Source of the DNA: Acanthaster planci
Lineage: Eukaryota
Direction of reading: 5' to 3'
Length of the DNA: 64,000 bases
NCBI RefSeq assembly: GCF_001949145.1
Contig: NW_019091361.1
Span: 1,205,588-1,269,587, forward strand
Shown: piece by piece, positions 12,401 to 24,400 of the stretch
Position numbering within the stretch: the first letter of the stretch is position 1
Layout of the letters: each line of letters begins with the position of its first letter
Notes under the pieces: model-generated
What the model saw: the letters and a program-made list of their open reading frames with translations, nothing else
What the model was told of the DNA's origin: nothing
Database searches by the model: none
Translations under genes and position numbers: made by a program

Positions 12401-15400
12401 TGTTTAAACTGCTTCATCACACTTTTATTCCCATTCATATATGGTAGTACGGTACCTTTTTGCTTTAAAGTAGACTTACATGTAAGTCGATAATTCATGC
12501 TGTTAATACTCACCATTTAAATTTTTTTTTAAACCAACTGGTCACCTCCTGAGGTCAAAAATATATGAGAACTATAGAATACAAAAGGGACATCATAATG
12601 AGTCAACCACAAGTCAGTCACAAGTTGTGTGACATTGACAAGCCAGGGCACAAGTATTGGAAAGTAGTAACAGTGGACAGTGAAAATATTACACATGTAT
12701 AGGCCTACATGTACATGTGTGTTTGTGATGGTTCAGTTTTGAGTATGACTTGACTTGAGACCAGATGACTTGTGGTCAGAGGTGTAATGTTCCAAAAATG
12801 CATTGATAACCATTGTATTACATGCCACAGGCATTTACATGTAATGTATATGCGGTCATGATGGCCATTGCATGTACCTGTAAAAAAGTGTTCTCTTGTA
12901 AATGCTTGCATTCTTATACAGCCGTACTTGGTGTGATTCTTTCACTTGCAATGTCTGCAAAATCTATGGTCATCAGTGGTTTGCATGTTGTTGTTTTATT
13001 GTGATGTTTTATTTAATATATCAGGATCCAGTTGCCAGTTATGATGTGAATAGCCGAGACGACGACCCCCAGCCCAGATATGATTTCACCAACGAAAACA
13101 GGTGTTGTGTGTGTGTGTGTGTACATGTACAGGGACCCCATTCTCACCCACATTGACCCATCTCGACTTGGGCTTGAACCCTGTTCATGCATTCATTGTG
13201 CAGGTTGATGGACCGGGGCAGGAATTCCTGACCCCCCAAAACTGCATGGGTTGGCCCAGCACATTCATTTATTGGTAAACTCTGATGTTAACACAAACAT
13301 GTAGTGTGAATATTGATTTTTGCAGAGGTTTAAACTGGGGGCTGTTCTCTTTTTTATTTCTGTTTTCATTTCACAGGCAAGCATTAAAAGAGTTGCTTGT
13401 GATGAATGAGGAAAATGTCCAAAAAAGTTCAGAATATTCTTGATGATTCCTTTCAAAGAAAAGGTTTCATTCATATTGAGGGGCTCTTCGCAAAACGCAC
13501 AGACAGTTTTTCCAAGCATACCCCTAGCTGCTAAATATATTACTCAAGATTTTAGCTGCCTCAGAAGCTTACCAAACATTTGTGTGTGACATGAGAAGCA
13601 GATGCCTAGGCGTTTGTGAAAATTCCTCTCTGCACAGCAGTCCATTTCCTGCAGAAAAAAAAATATTTCGCAGGATTGATGTTCCCACCGCCAACTTGTT
13701 TGGCATCAACAAGTTGTGGTTTTTTTCAGGGAAGATTAAGCGGTGGGGTTGTACGGTACCCGGTATCCATCATTACCTCCACATGGTCCACAATTGGACC
13801 AGCAGGTGCGGCCAAAAATCGAGCTGGGTTAAGATGGGGGGGCATTAGTGCATGATCTGCGGCCTCGTCCTTTTGCACTCAGACTTCATTTTCTTTCCTG
13901 TGCCATGCTCCCATTTCAGCTTCTGCATGCCGTGCTGATTGAATTCAGTCAAACCTTTTCATTTGCACGCAGTCCTTTTACAGTGTACTGAAGTTCAACG
14001 TGATTGGAGTGTATCAGAGCAAATAGTAGGTCACCTAAGCAAAGCAGTTTTGGATTCCAATGGCATTGTAGTTTGCTGTAGCTGTGTGTCACAGTACTCA
14101 AGTCCAACTGCGCAAACTTATGTACATGTACCATTACCAACTCTATGACCTATGGTACATCAGGCCCTAATGAATACCGTGATTGTTCCAAGACAGAGGT
14201 TGTCAGTTCACCTTTCATTAAAAATGGATAAAGGACATTACATTCTAGAAAGTAGATAATAAACATCGCTGAGTTGCTGACGGTGTCATTACACGGGTAG
14301 CTGTGTATGTAGACACTTCAAACGGTAAGGTACCGACATTCAGCCTACATGTACCGGTACATGTTCATATACCTAATAGGAAGTACAGGTACCATACAGT
14401 GTTTCACACACCCTAGTGCCTGGTTCTGTTAAAATTCAAATGTCACCAGTTACACCTACTGGGTACCTGTACATGTAGGTTTTCAAAGATTCCGGCAAAC
14501 CTGTAAATGTGATGTGTGCAAAGAAAAGGATTTCATTCAGCTGCGCCTGCTTGCATGCATTTTGTGTTTTTATTTCACACATACATGTACATGTAACTCA
14601 TCGTTTTGAGTTTTCTTGTCTTCAAGACTGGAAGTAAAGGTCATGTTTCATACTTTTTGAGTTTCGAGTTTAATTCCGAAATCAGCAATTTTGCATACCG
14701 TATACGTGAAATAGATACATTTGGCACATTTACCTACTGTGCCCAGTAGTATGTACATGTATGTGTTCACGCTTCTGTTTGGAAAATACCTTGGCCAGAA
14801 GGTACAGTGTAAGTCACAGTGAAACTGACGCCTTTGCTCTAGAGCCAATCGTATAGATAGATTTGACTGAGCTTTTTCACAATATTTTTAGGTGATGCTA
14901 ATGTTGTACACGTACGTGTACGAATACAAAACAGCAATGTTGGATAAGAGAAAATAAAATGCATAAACTTTGATTCTCATTCAATTTCAGTAACTTGACA
15001 AATTTGCAGAACTTACAGCAGTGTAACATGTTAGGACATTTTTTTCAAGCAGAATTTGTGTAAACTTACAACGCAGTACACATGCTGTGTTGCCTCGATG
15101 CCGGTACATAGGTACAACACTTGTACGTGTCACATCGATAAATTTGTTGGTGTGGAACAAACCTGCCTTGTACCAACCATTTATAAATCCCTAGAGTTTT
15201 TTGGAATGAAGACAGACATGGACTTGTACAAGAATCGGAATCTAGTGGATTGGTGCCTGAGTACTGTTGTCAGTTTCACTGGAATTAACTAAATTTTCAG
15301 CCTCAACTAATTTCAAAATCATTCAACTTTTAACCACCTGCTCACAACTTGCCGTTCATTCTTTCCTATTTCAACCATTGCAATCCTTGTCACAATGCTA

Positions 15401-18400
15401 ACAATATAAAGGATGCACCGGGCAGTTGGGATCTAAATGATAACGACGAGGATCCACAGCCTCGCTACTCACCATCTAACATAAACAGGTTGGAACTTTG
15501 TAGAACATAGTTTTATGGTGTTATTTATTTATCTTTAGTTATTCAGTTAGTTATTTTAAAGGTGTTTTTTATTTTATTATTTTGGTGTCGAGATGCTTTG
15601 TGTTTGGGGATTTTACCCTTCATTGACGTATATTTATGACATTATACATGTATGTTCAGTGTTGTCATGAGGGCTTGGAAAAAATAAAAAAAACTTAGCT
15701 TGGATGGGGATCAAGCCCATGACCTCCTACCTACTATGGCAGATGTCTTATCACTCAATCACCGAGCTTGCCTGGGCTGGCTGGCTGGCTTGGGTCAGAT
15801 GAGCATCGTTACTAAGCCAAACATACAAACGATGTGGTTTTTGCATCAGGAATGTTTTTTTTTTTTTTGTACCGGGAGTTCTTGGCCCTTCACCAATGTA
15901 TAATATTTTTTAACTGAAATAATATTTGGATAGCTTCTTGCACTGGTATAAGAGTCCCTTGAAGTGTGTTGAGGAGGTTCAGTGGAGAAAACAGTGTTTG
16001 TGACTACATATATATCCAGGTTAAAAACAAGTCCAAGTTTATTTTAGGGAGAGGTCTTGTGGATGGTACTACATGTAAGCCATTTGCGAGTTAAATTTGA
16101 ATAAAATCTGGTACGCTGAGCTCTTAAACTTCACGTGAACATAACAACTTGAATTCTCCATACTAAAACCACTGTTGCTATACCTCGTGATTAAGCTTAC
16201 CCCTCGGGGTAAGCTTTTGCTTAGTTACATAAGAGATGCCTTGCAATAATGCACTGTTTTCAATGGGTAAGGAGGGCACAAAGGAACCAGTCCATTCCAG
16301 AGATGGTGGTCACTATGCAAAAGCTTGCCCCAGATCAAGAGGTATACATGTAGCAACAGTGTCTTTAGTCTGGGGAATTCAAATTATGTTTCTATGCAAT
16401 CAGATAATACAGTGTACCAGATTTTATTCAAATTTAACTCGCAAGTGGGTTATTTGCAAATGAGCATACTTGACTGGTTGCTACAACCTCTAAGGCTATT
16501 TCCATGATAGATATGATTGATGTGGTTTTTTTTTCATTGTTAGTTTCTCTTTTTGAATGGCAGATTTTGGTTGCATGATTAAGGAACAAGAAAAAAGTGC
16601 TAGTGTCTCCAAAAAGAAAAAAAAGAAAACAAAAAGAAAACCAGCCATGCACAGCATGCAAAGAATCTAGTGCTATTTGAGCAGATTTTGACGTCAAGAT
16701 GGATTGATCTGTAAAAACTTCAACAGTTTTTATAATACCGACCGTCACAATGTATTTTGGTCAGCACTGGCTTTGGAAACTCACTTTAAAATTCCAAATC
16801 CTAATTTACTCTCAGGTTTTTAAAGGAACTGGTCATTCAGAGTTGTTCTGTGCTGTTGAACCTTGAAAGAAGTGACTACTTTGGTCTGATGTGTCACCTA
16901 CCCGGTACATGTTCAGTGTTTTCCCTTCGCGAAGTCTATTTGTTCATTGCACTCCCACGCACCATGTCGGAGGAGGAGCTTGTCATAAAGGCATCAAAAC
17001 TTTCGCCCGTCAAATAATATCCAACACAGAATATTACCACAAGAGGTTTTTTACTGTGTGAGTGAGTTTCTGCATGCAACTGTGTATTGTGAGTTTGAAG
17101 TCAGAGGCATTGCCCTTCGGCGCATAGGAAGTGAACAAGTGAAGTACATACTGTGTAGGAGGAGGGCACTTCATTCAACGATCTACGCACATATGGCTAG
17201 AAGATTTCCTCTCTTTCGATTTACCTGAAATGAAATTCCAAAAGATTTTTTTTTTCAAGGGCAAATTAAATTGAATGTGTGGGGTATTCCCTCTTGTAGG
17301 AAGGATTCAGGAACGTTGGGAACTGACATCAGAATCAGGATTTCCCTAGTCCAGTTTTTATTGGAAAACCTTTTCGGCTTAACATCAACCACTGGTTGTC
17401 CTTCCTTTGGAAATCCTCAGAATCATATTCAAAACTTCACTTTCACCGACATGCGTGTATTTACTACATGTGTTCCTTCACTGGTTTATTTTTAACGTAA
17501 TGATTTATGGTTTTATTCATTTGAACCTGCTTTGTGGGGGAGGAGGGATTTTTTTGTGATGCTTTATAATTGAGCAAGACCCATACGTGACCCATGCACA
17601 AAGAGAAGTTTTTATAGTTACTGGTTTTAGGCCAATTGTGCATTTCCATGATTCACACATCTCATGGTGGAAGGTCGTTGGAAACATGCTATTACTAATT
17701 AGTTTTTTCTGTATGCTTTTAAATATTGGGAAAGGGCATCTTTTCAGAGTTTAGCTTTGGTGGAGCCTTTTAAGAACTGACCCTAAGAATAAGCTTGAAA
17801 GTGTAGACAGAACTTTCATCATGTTTGTGTGTTGGTGCATGCATACATAAAAGAAAGTAAGCCCAGAATTGTAAATGAATTAATATGAAGCTACTTGCAT
17901 TTAGTTCTACTATTGCTCTTTAAAACTAGCCCCATTAGGTCATTCATTTGTAACAAACCCAAACTACATGTAGCAGAAAGCAGAATTGAGAAACAAAAAT
18001 ACCACAAATGCTCTCCTGACGGGCCTGAATTGAAAAGTGGGGATTTTTATCGTATATTTTCAAAAGTGGTGCGTCATACAGGTATGCCACCAATTCAGGT
18101 AGAAGCAAAAGTGAAATGGTAAAGAAAGAAACAACAGGAGCATTTAGCTCCTTTTGCTTACATCACCTGGCTCTAGTTTCAAAAGGGCTCTGGACCAGAT
18201 AGCCAAATCTCATTCAGATTTCCCGAGTATTAGATTGGCCTCCTTTTCAGTGTTGATATCATCAGTGCATGCAGACATACCGGTACATATTGTTTTTTAG
18301 AGGAATTTCCCGTGTAAATCCAGCTCCTTTCAGCCTCATTATATGCCTTGTTATATTTGGCAAAAATATAGAGATGTTTTAATTACCTTGTTATTAATTC

Positions 18401-21400
18401 CAGTCATTAGTGGTAGTGTGCATGTACATGTATACATTATATTTAAATGTGTTTTTCCCATGAAGCTTGACCTTTTCCCCCAAATTGCTTCAAACGTTAA
18501 TCCTGAGCCATTTCAATCTTCCTAAGTAGCCTATCTGTGCAGAATCGCCCATCAATCAGGCTAGGAACAGTCAAAACACACCCTTTTACTAAAGTAGTTC
18601 TTTTGCATTGGCTCAGCTGCTTTCGATTCTTGATGTCAAAAGGTTGGGTAAGTCTTAAATCCTAAGTTGCCTCACCCACACAACTCCTACTGTTGTCCCA
18701 GTTCAAGTGGTCAAGATTCTGCCTGTCGTCCCCCCCTCCCACTTTGTTTCCATCTTTCCAAAGACAAGGTTAGAAATGTCATGCTTTCATCTCTCTGGCA
18801 AACAGATTATTCCAGCCAGCTCAAATTTCCACTTATTCAGATCAGTGTCCGATTAACGGCATCTGATTCAGTCTTGGTTCTTGAGAGAGGAAAGCATTTT
18901 TTACCACCGTTCTGTGATAACGCCCACACAGTGAAACAAGGATCCCTCTGACTACCTGGTTTCTTTAATTTACAGAGAGCTTTCATGAAATAGAAAAAAA
19001 ATGAAAAGATACAAGTCCTTTTATACGAAGACAGTAACAGAAAAAGAAGTACAGATATTTTTGGTTTCCCCCCATAGTAATATAAACATGTTGGACTGCG
19101 TCAGTGTCTGTCCGACGTCCCATTGCAAAATGAGGCTCAAGGAAGTCATTTTCACTTATACCAAAAGAATGATTCCATTACAGTGCCCAATTGCATATAA
19201 CACTCATTTTATTATTAAGCCCCAGGCTCTCCAAACATAATTGTGGAGGAATGTTTTTAACCGTGTGTTCAATTTCTAGTCCAGATGCCGTCCGATACCT
19301 TTGTCTTCAGCTCTTTAGCTAACAAACAGATTTTAATTAAATTTTGAAGCGATGACGCCCGAATTCGTGAGGTGCTTTGTGTTGGTAGTGTTACATGTAC
19401 ATACAGATCCTCCTATGTAGTAATTAAACGCCCACTTGCAGGATATCAAGTTGACATTTTAGTTGATTGGAAGTAAAGAAATCCTGCTGTCGCGACAGAA
19501 AATTTATTTTGCATAGATTACTGTGACCTCTAAACGTGTTGGTATATGCATGCATACAGCATATCTGGTGACAGTGCCTTACAAAAGTGCCTTTCAGTTG
19601 AACATCACAGATTTTACAAGTCACCAAGAAATGGAAGGAAACAATATGATTGCAACGCATGAAACTCACAGGCATTTCAGCATTAATTTCAATTAATGAA
19701 GCTTAAAAAAAACCCAGCTGTTTATAATTATGACATGGTTTATAATTTTCCAGCTTTTTCATCCAATTTAAGCTTTTCTGTCTTTGGAAAATAAGTGAAA
19801 AAAACATGTACCTTTAGAACTTACGCTTGTACATGTATGCATGTACATTAGTTCGTTGATCCTATTAGCATTAAACAGATTTTAAAGTGCGCACACTGAA
19901 TCTGCTGCTGAAGATGACAAAGTACCTTTCTCGCTGAAATTTGTGAGGTTCAATTTTGTTTTCCAACCTAAGTTTCATCCTCTTGATGTTTACACCTCTC
20001 GGGGTGTAGAAAATGCACAAAGGTACAGTGGCCCCAGTTGGGTGTCTGTAGAACATCCTCATGCATTGTTGATGTAGGAAAGTTGTGATGGCTCCCAACA
20101 TGTGGCTCGGACTGCCTGCTCGCTACCGCAGTCTCCCCCCTTGGGTGGCCCAGTGTCAGTCAGTCAGCTTGTACTTTGGCAGCCTTTCTCAGCTGTGTTT
20201 CTTTTTAAACCCGGGTTCAAACCCTCCCCAGAGCAGTATTTGAATGGTGATACCAGGTTTGGAATTCATGTGGATTTGCCCTGTTAGAGTGATGTTTGTT
20301 TTTGTTAAAATTCAAATGAATTTTTGCAGCTTTTTTGAATTCAGACATGTAGAAGTTTTTGGGTTTTTTTCAGGGAATTTACATCAGTGTTAAAGTTTAC
20401 TGATCTCTGTTTTTTTTTTTAACCAGGAATTCAGGATGCACACATACGTGTACATGTACGTCATTTGCTTGTAGAAATACTAAAATACTGTGCAGATGGT
20501 TGAGCAGAAAATTAGTTAGGACTTTTATAATTTATGTTGGCAAAGGGCAAACCCAAATAAGAAGGACTTGACCTGTGCCCTTACATCGGTGTATATGCAT
20601 AAACATTGTATACTCTGTTTTTGTCCGAGAACTTGTTAGATTTTTGTTGTTTTGGTGTTATATTTGAATCCAGTCCTCAGACGCTTTAGATTGGAACGAG
20701 GGTACTTTGTTCGAGTGGGAATAATGCGTCTTTGAAAAAGCAAAAATTGAATGCCGCAGAAACTATGCCCTTGAGTAGCCTCTACAATATTGCTGCTGAG
20801 GTATTCCAAAAACCCTCCAGGTAGAGCCATAAATGCAAATTTAGTTGTGGTCTAGTCAGAGGAAGCACTCTTGTAATTTTGTGAGGACCCTTTGGGCGAA
20901 ATCTCTTGTTGTTTGTCCACGCTTTTTATTACTATTAGAAAGCGGTGTCCCGGTGAAGTCGATCACGTTGCTGTCAGATCAGCTGCAGCATGAAATGTGA
21001 GTTTCTTTGGCCCATGGGGAAGAGATGATTTTTATTTCTCAGTGATTCTCAGAGTCTAGTGGAACAGACTCATCTTTCAACATTAGGCTAACTTTATTTT
21101 TTTTCTTGAGTAAATTTTTAAAGTGGAAAAAAATTGCTGGAGACGGCTCAGCGTACTGCCGTATGCGGAAGGTAAAGAAAAATGAAAATGACGTTCATTT
21201 GAAAGGTTGAAGGGATTAGAGTGACAGATGTTACGCCGGAAAATGAAGGAAGTCTTGCAGGGGTAATTTTGGCTGGCAGGTTGAGAAGTAGGGAGAGGCG
21301 AGGATAAGGTTTCAGACTGCCCTGAGTGCATGCAAAGTTGATCTTGGAATGAGCTGCATATTTGCATAATGTGGGTTGACTGCATGCAGTTCTTACTGTG

Positions 21401-24400
21401 CGTTGTAGTGTGCCGTGCATAGATGTAGGTACATGTTTATATTTCTTTTCTTTTTTTCTCCAAAATTGCACTAGAAAAACATTTAATTTGAATTGGAACT
21501 GAAAAACAAGGTTTGTGTTCTGTTGGGTTTTAAGTTTCATTTATACGAAATGATCTCAGTGCTAATAGGCAAATGAATGTTTTTGTCTTTTTGGAACAGA
21601 TGTTTTGAACTGGGAACTTAAGGCTTGTTTGTGTTATTGTGTTTTGCCTACGTGCACTAGTAGTGTCAAGGCAATATTTGCTGGTTTTTTCGGGGGTAAC
21701 AATTTTGCGTTAGAAAAGTTTCCAAACTGCTATTCCTACTACACATGAATTCATTCTCATCATCCATTGGGATTACCACCATCATGCATCAAAGCAGTTC
21801 TTTCATCTCTTCACCTCACTTACTCATACCTTGAAAAGTTTTGATACTAACTTATAAATATACTAAAAGATACTTTAACATACTAACTTAACCCTAACCC
21901 CAAGGGCATCTGTAAAATTGTATTGAAATTGGAGGATTTGGGACTGTTAGGGTTAAAGTAATTGACGATACCTCCATGATGGGTTTGCGGGTTTTTTTTC
22001 AAAAATCAGTATCTTCAGTTTTTATCCATAGTCCTATCTCGCCTACATGTATGACATGTCTATCATATTTCAGCGAACAACTCCCATGTTTGCATGTTTA
22101 GATCATTATCAAAAATATGTATTTAAGTAAATGTGCAAAATTCATACTTAATATTACATAATTCAAGACCATTGGATGCATTTTCACAAAAACGTTTGTT
22201 TATTCTACCTTCACTGTAGTTTCACAATGTAGGGCCATTTGGCAGATATGAGGTAATTAAAAGGTGTTGGGCAGAATCACCGCTGTGCTGCACTGAAACC
22301 TCTCGGAACACAATGGTGTAAACAATCCCCTTTGCCATGGGATCAATGCATGCACAACTTCAGTTGAAAAAGGAAAAGACAAACTTCCAATGTACATGCA
22401 GCCATTGTATAAATTGTCAAGTACTGGGTCACGAACAAGCTTGATTTGCATGTATACCTTCAGCTCGTCCTCATACATGAACGTTACATGTATATTCTAC
22501 CATAGCACAGCTTTGCTCTTTGTTAGTGTAAATTTCAAATGCTGTACCAGTAAATTTATTGATAAAGCAAAGCTTCAACATTCACGAGTATACATTTACA
22601 AGTATCCTTCAAGAAAAAAATCCTGGATGAAGGCCCTGTCATGCGTATAAATTACAGTATGAAGATATTGTCAAGCATGCTCAATATGGAGGTATCTTTC
22701 AGTTCAAGTATACCCAGTCCCTTTCTAAGTTGCATGCTGTATCCGAAGTGGGCATAGTTGAGTATGGCTATGGCTTGTCACTGTAGCGTGTCATTGGCAA
22801 ACAGCAAAGCCATATCCATTGAATGCTCTTTTCAGACATGGCCGTAACATGTATGTATTACTTTTCCCGTCATTTCTGTCTTGGTTTTTTTTTTCACAGG
22901 CATGGTACAAGATGTGCAGGAGAAGTAGCTGCTCTGGCCAATAACAGTATATGTAGTGTAGGCATTGCCTACAATGCAAGAATTGGTGGTGAGTGAATTG
23001 ACAGTGTGTGTAATGTACATGTACAGAGAATGTGGTGTAGATAGTGATGTTGTTGTATTTTAAATAAACAGTTGTTGCCTTGTAGATATCTTGATAACGT
23101 TCTTGTTGAGAAATGGAGGCAACACCAATATTGATCAAACAAGCCCAGACCAAAACTGAAAGGATTTTTCTGGTTTTTTTTTTCTAAGTTTTAGTGTGTA
23201 TTATTGTTAATACACTTCCGTTCACCTGGGTTGGTCTTCCTAGAATCGTGCTATTTTAAGTGCTTTCTTTGCCGATTTGGCAAATGAGTCAAACTGTTGA
23301 AACATCTTTGGGGAAATTTGTCAGATTGTAAATATCATTACATTAATCTTTGCATTTATCAAAGTAAATTGTATTCAGTAAGAATGTTTTGTGGAGGGGG
23401 GGTGTTGGCCAACCGTTTCATAAAAAGTAGTGTACTTGAAATTTGCTGTATACAGCAAAGTACTGTACATGCATGTTGATTTTTCAAAAGTTTCTCAGTG
23501 GAATATGAACGAAATTTTTACCCTGCTGTGACACATCACAGATCTCCATAACCACTTGCTTGCTTGATTGTCTCGGCTGTTTTTGACAACCTACAGTATA
23601 GTTTGTATAAATGATCAGCAAAGCCCAAAGGTCTCACTCAGTGCCCATGTACACATTTGACCTTACGCTGGTAAATATGCAAACCATATCCTGCACGTTT
23701 CGCAGATACAAACAAATTGTTACACAGACTCTTGGAAACGGTTATATTACAATGTTGTGTACACTCAATTGTCCTTAGCTCAGTGGTTTTGTTAGTTTGT
23801 CAACTGTTGCCCTTTTTACAAGGCCCTCCTTTTTTTGTCGTGCTGGACAAAGAGGAGGGTCTCCCAAAATGCAGGCCAAACTGAAGTGAGCTTATCAGTG
23901 TCCTGCAGGGTTTTGGGTACTGGGTATGTACAATGTGTATGTAAATGTTCATGCAGAGAGGAATTTAATCCTGCTGTTCCAAGCTTTGCAGCCACGTGGG
24001 CTTCATGCATGTTAGACGTATTAAAAATGGGAAAAAGGAATGTTCCAGATATTTGCAAAGCATTGAACATTGTCTCAAACTGTTCCAAAACTTTCTGAAG
24101 TACCTGCAAGCACCTGTCGTCTGATTCAGGAAAATGTATTTTTCCTCTTTAGTGAAAACAATTTGTCACCCTTTCCGAGTAACTTGGCAGATTGATGAGA
24201 GGAATTTTGAAAAGCTCACATGTGTGGTGTCTGGAGTTTTGTATGAATGCTATGGTCTTGGCTGTGCACTTAAGTGGAATTAGCTGTGGTCACGACTGTT
24301 TTCATTCATGGAGACTCTTGTCGTGCCCTGAAGGGTCGTTGCAGACGTGGGCACCATGCATGTCCGTGCCGACCAAATTATACTTGGAATGGTGAAAAGG

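Noticed and set aside
15695..15790. tRNA-like sequence on the minus strand
   Set aside because: Degenerate A/B boxes with no convincing cloverleaf; more likely a decayed SINE or repeat head than a tRNA gene.
21111..21171. Possible 61-nt poison cassette exon (cttgag ... AAG|gtaaag) between furin exons 5b and 6
   Set aside because: GAG acceptor is weak, there is no similarity to any convertase exon, and such site pairs occur by chance in 7 kb.
21885..21960. TTAGGG/CCCTAA words suggesting interstitial telomere (also near 46835 and 53593)
   Set aside because: Only 1-2 units each, mostly in small inverted arrangements; more like ends of short repeats.
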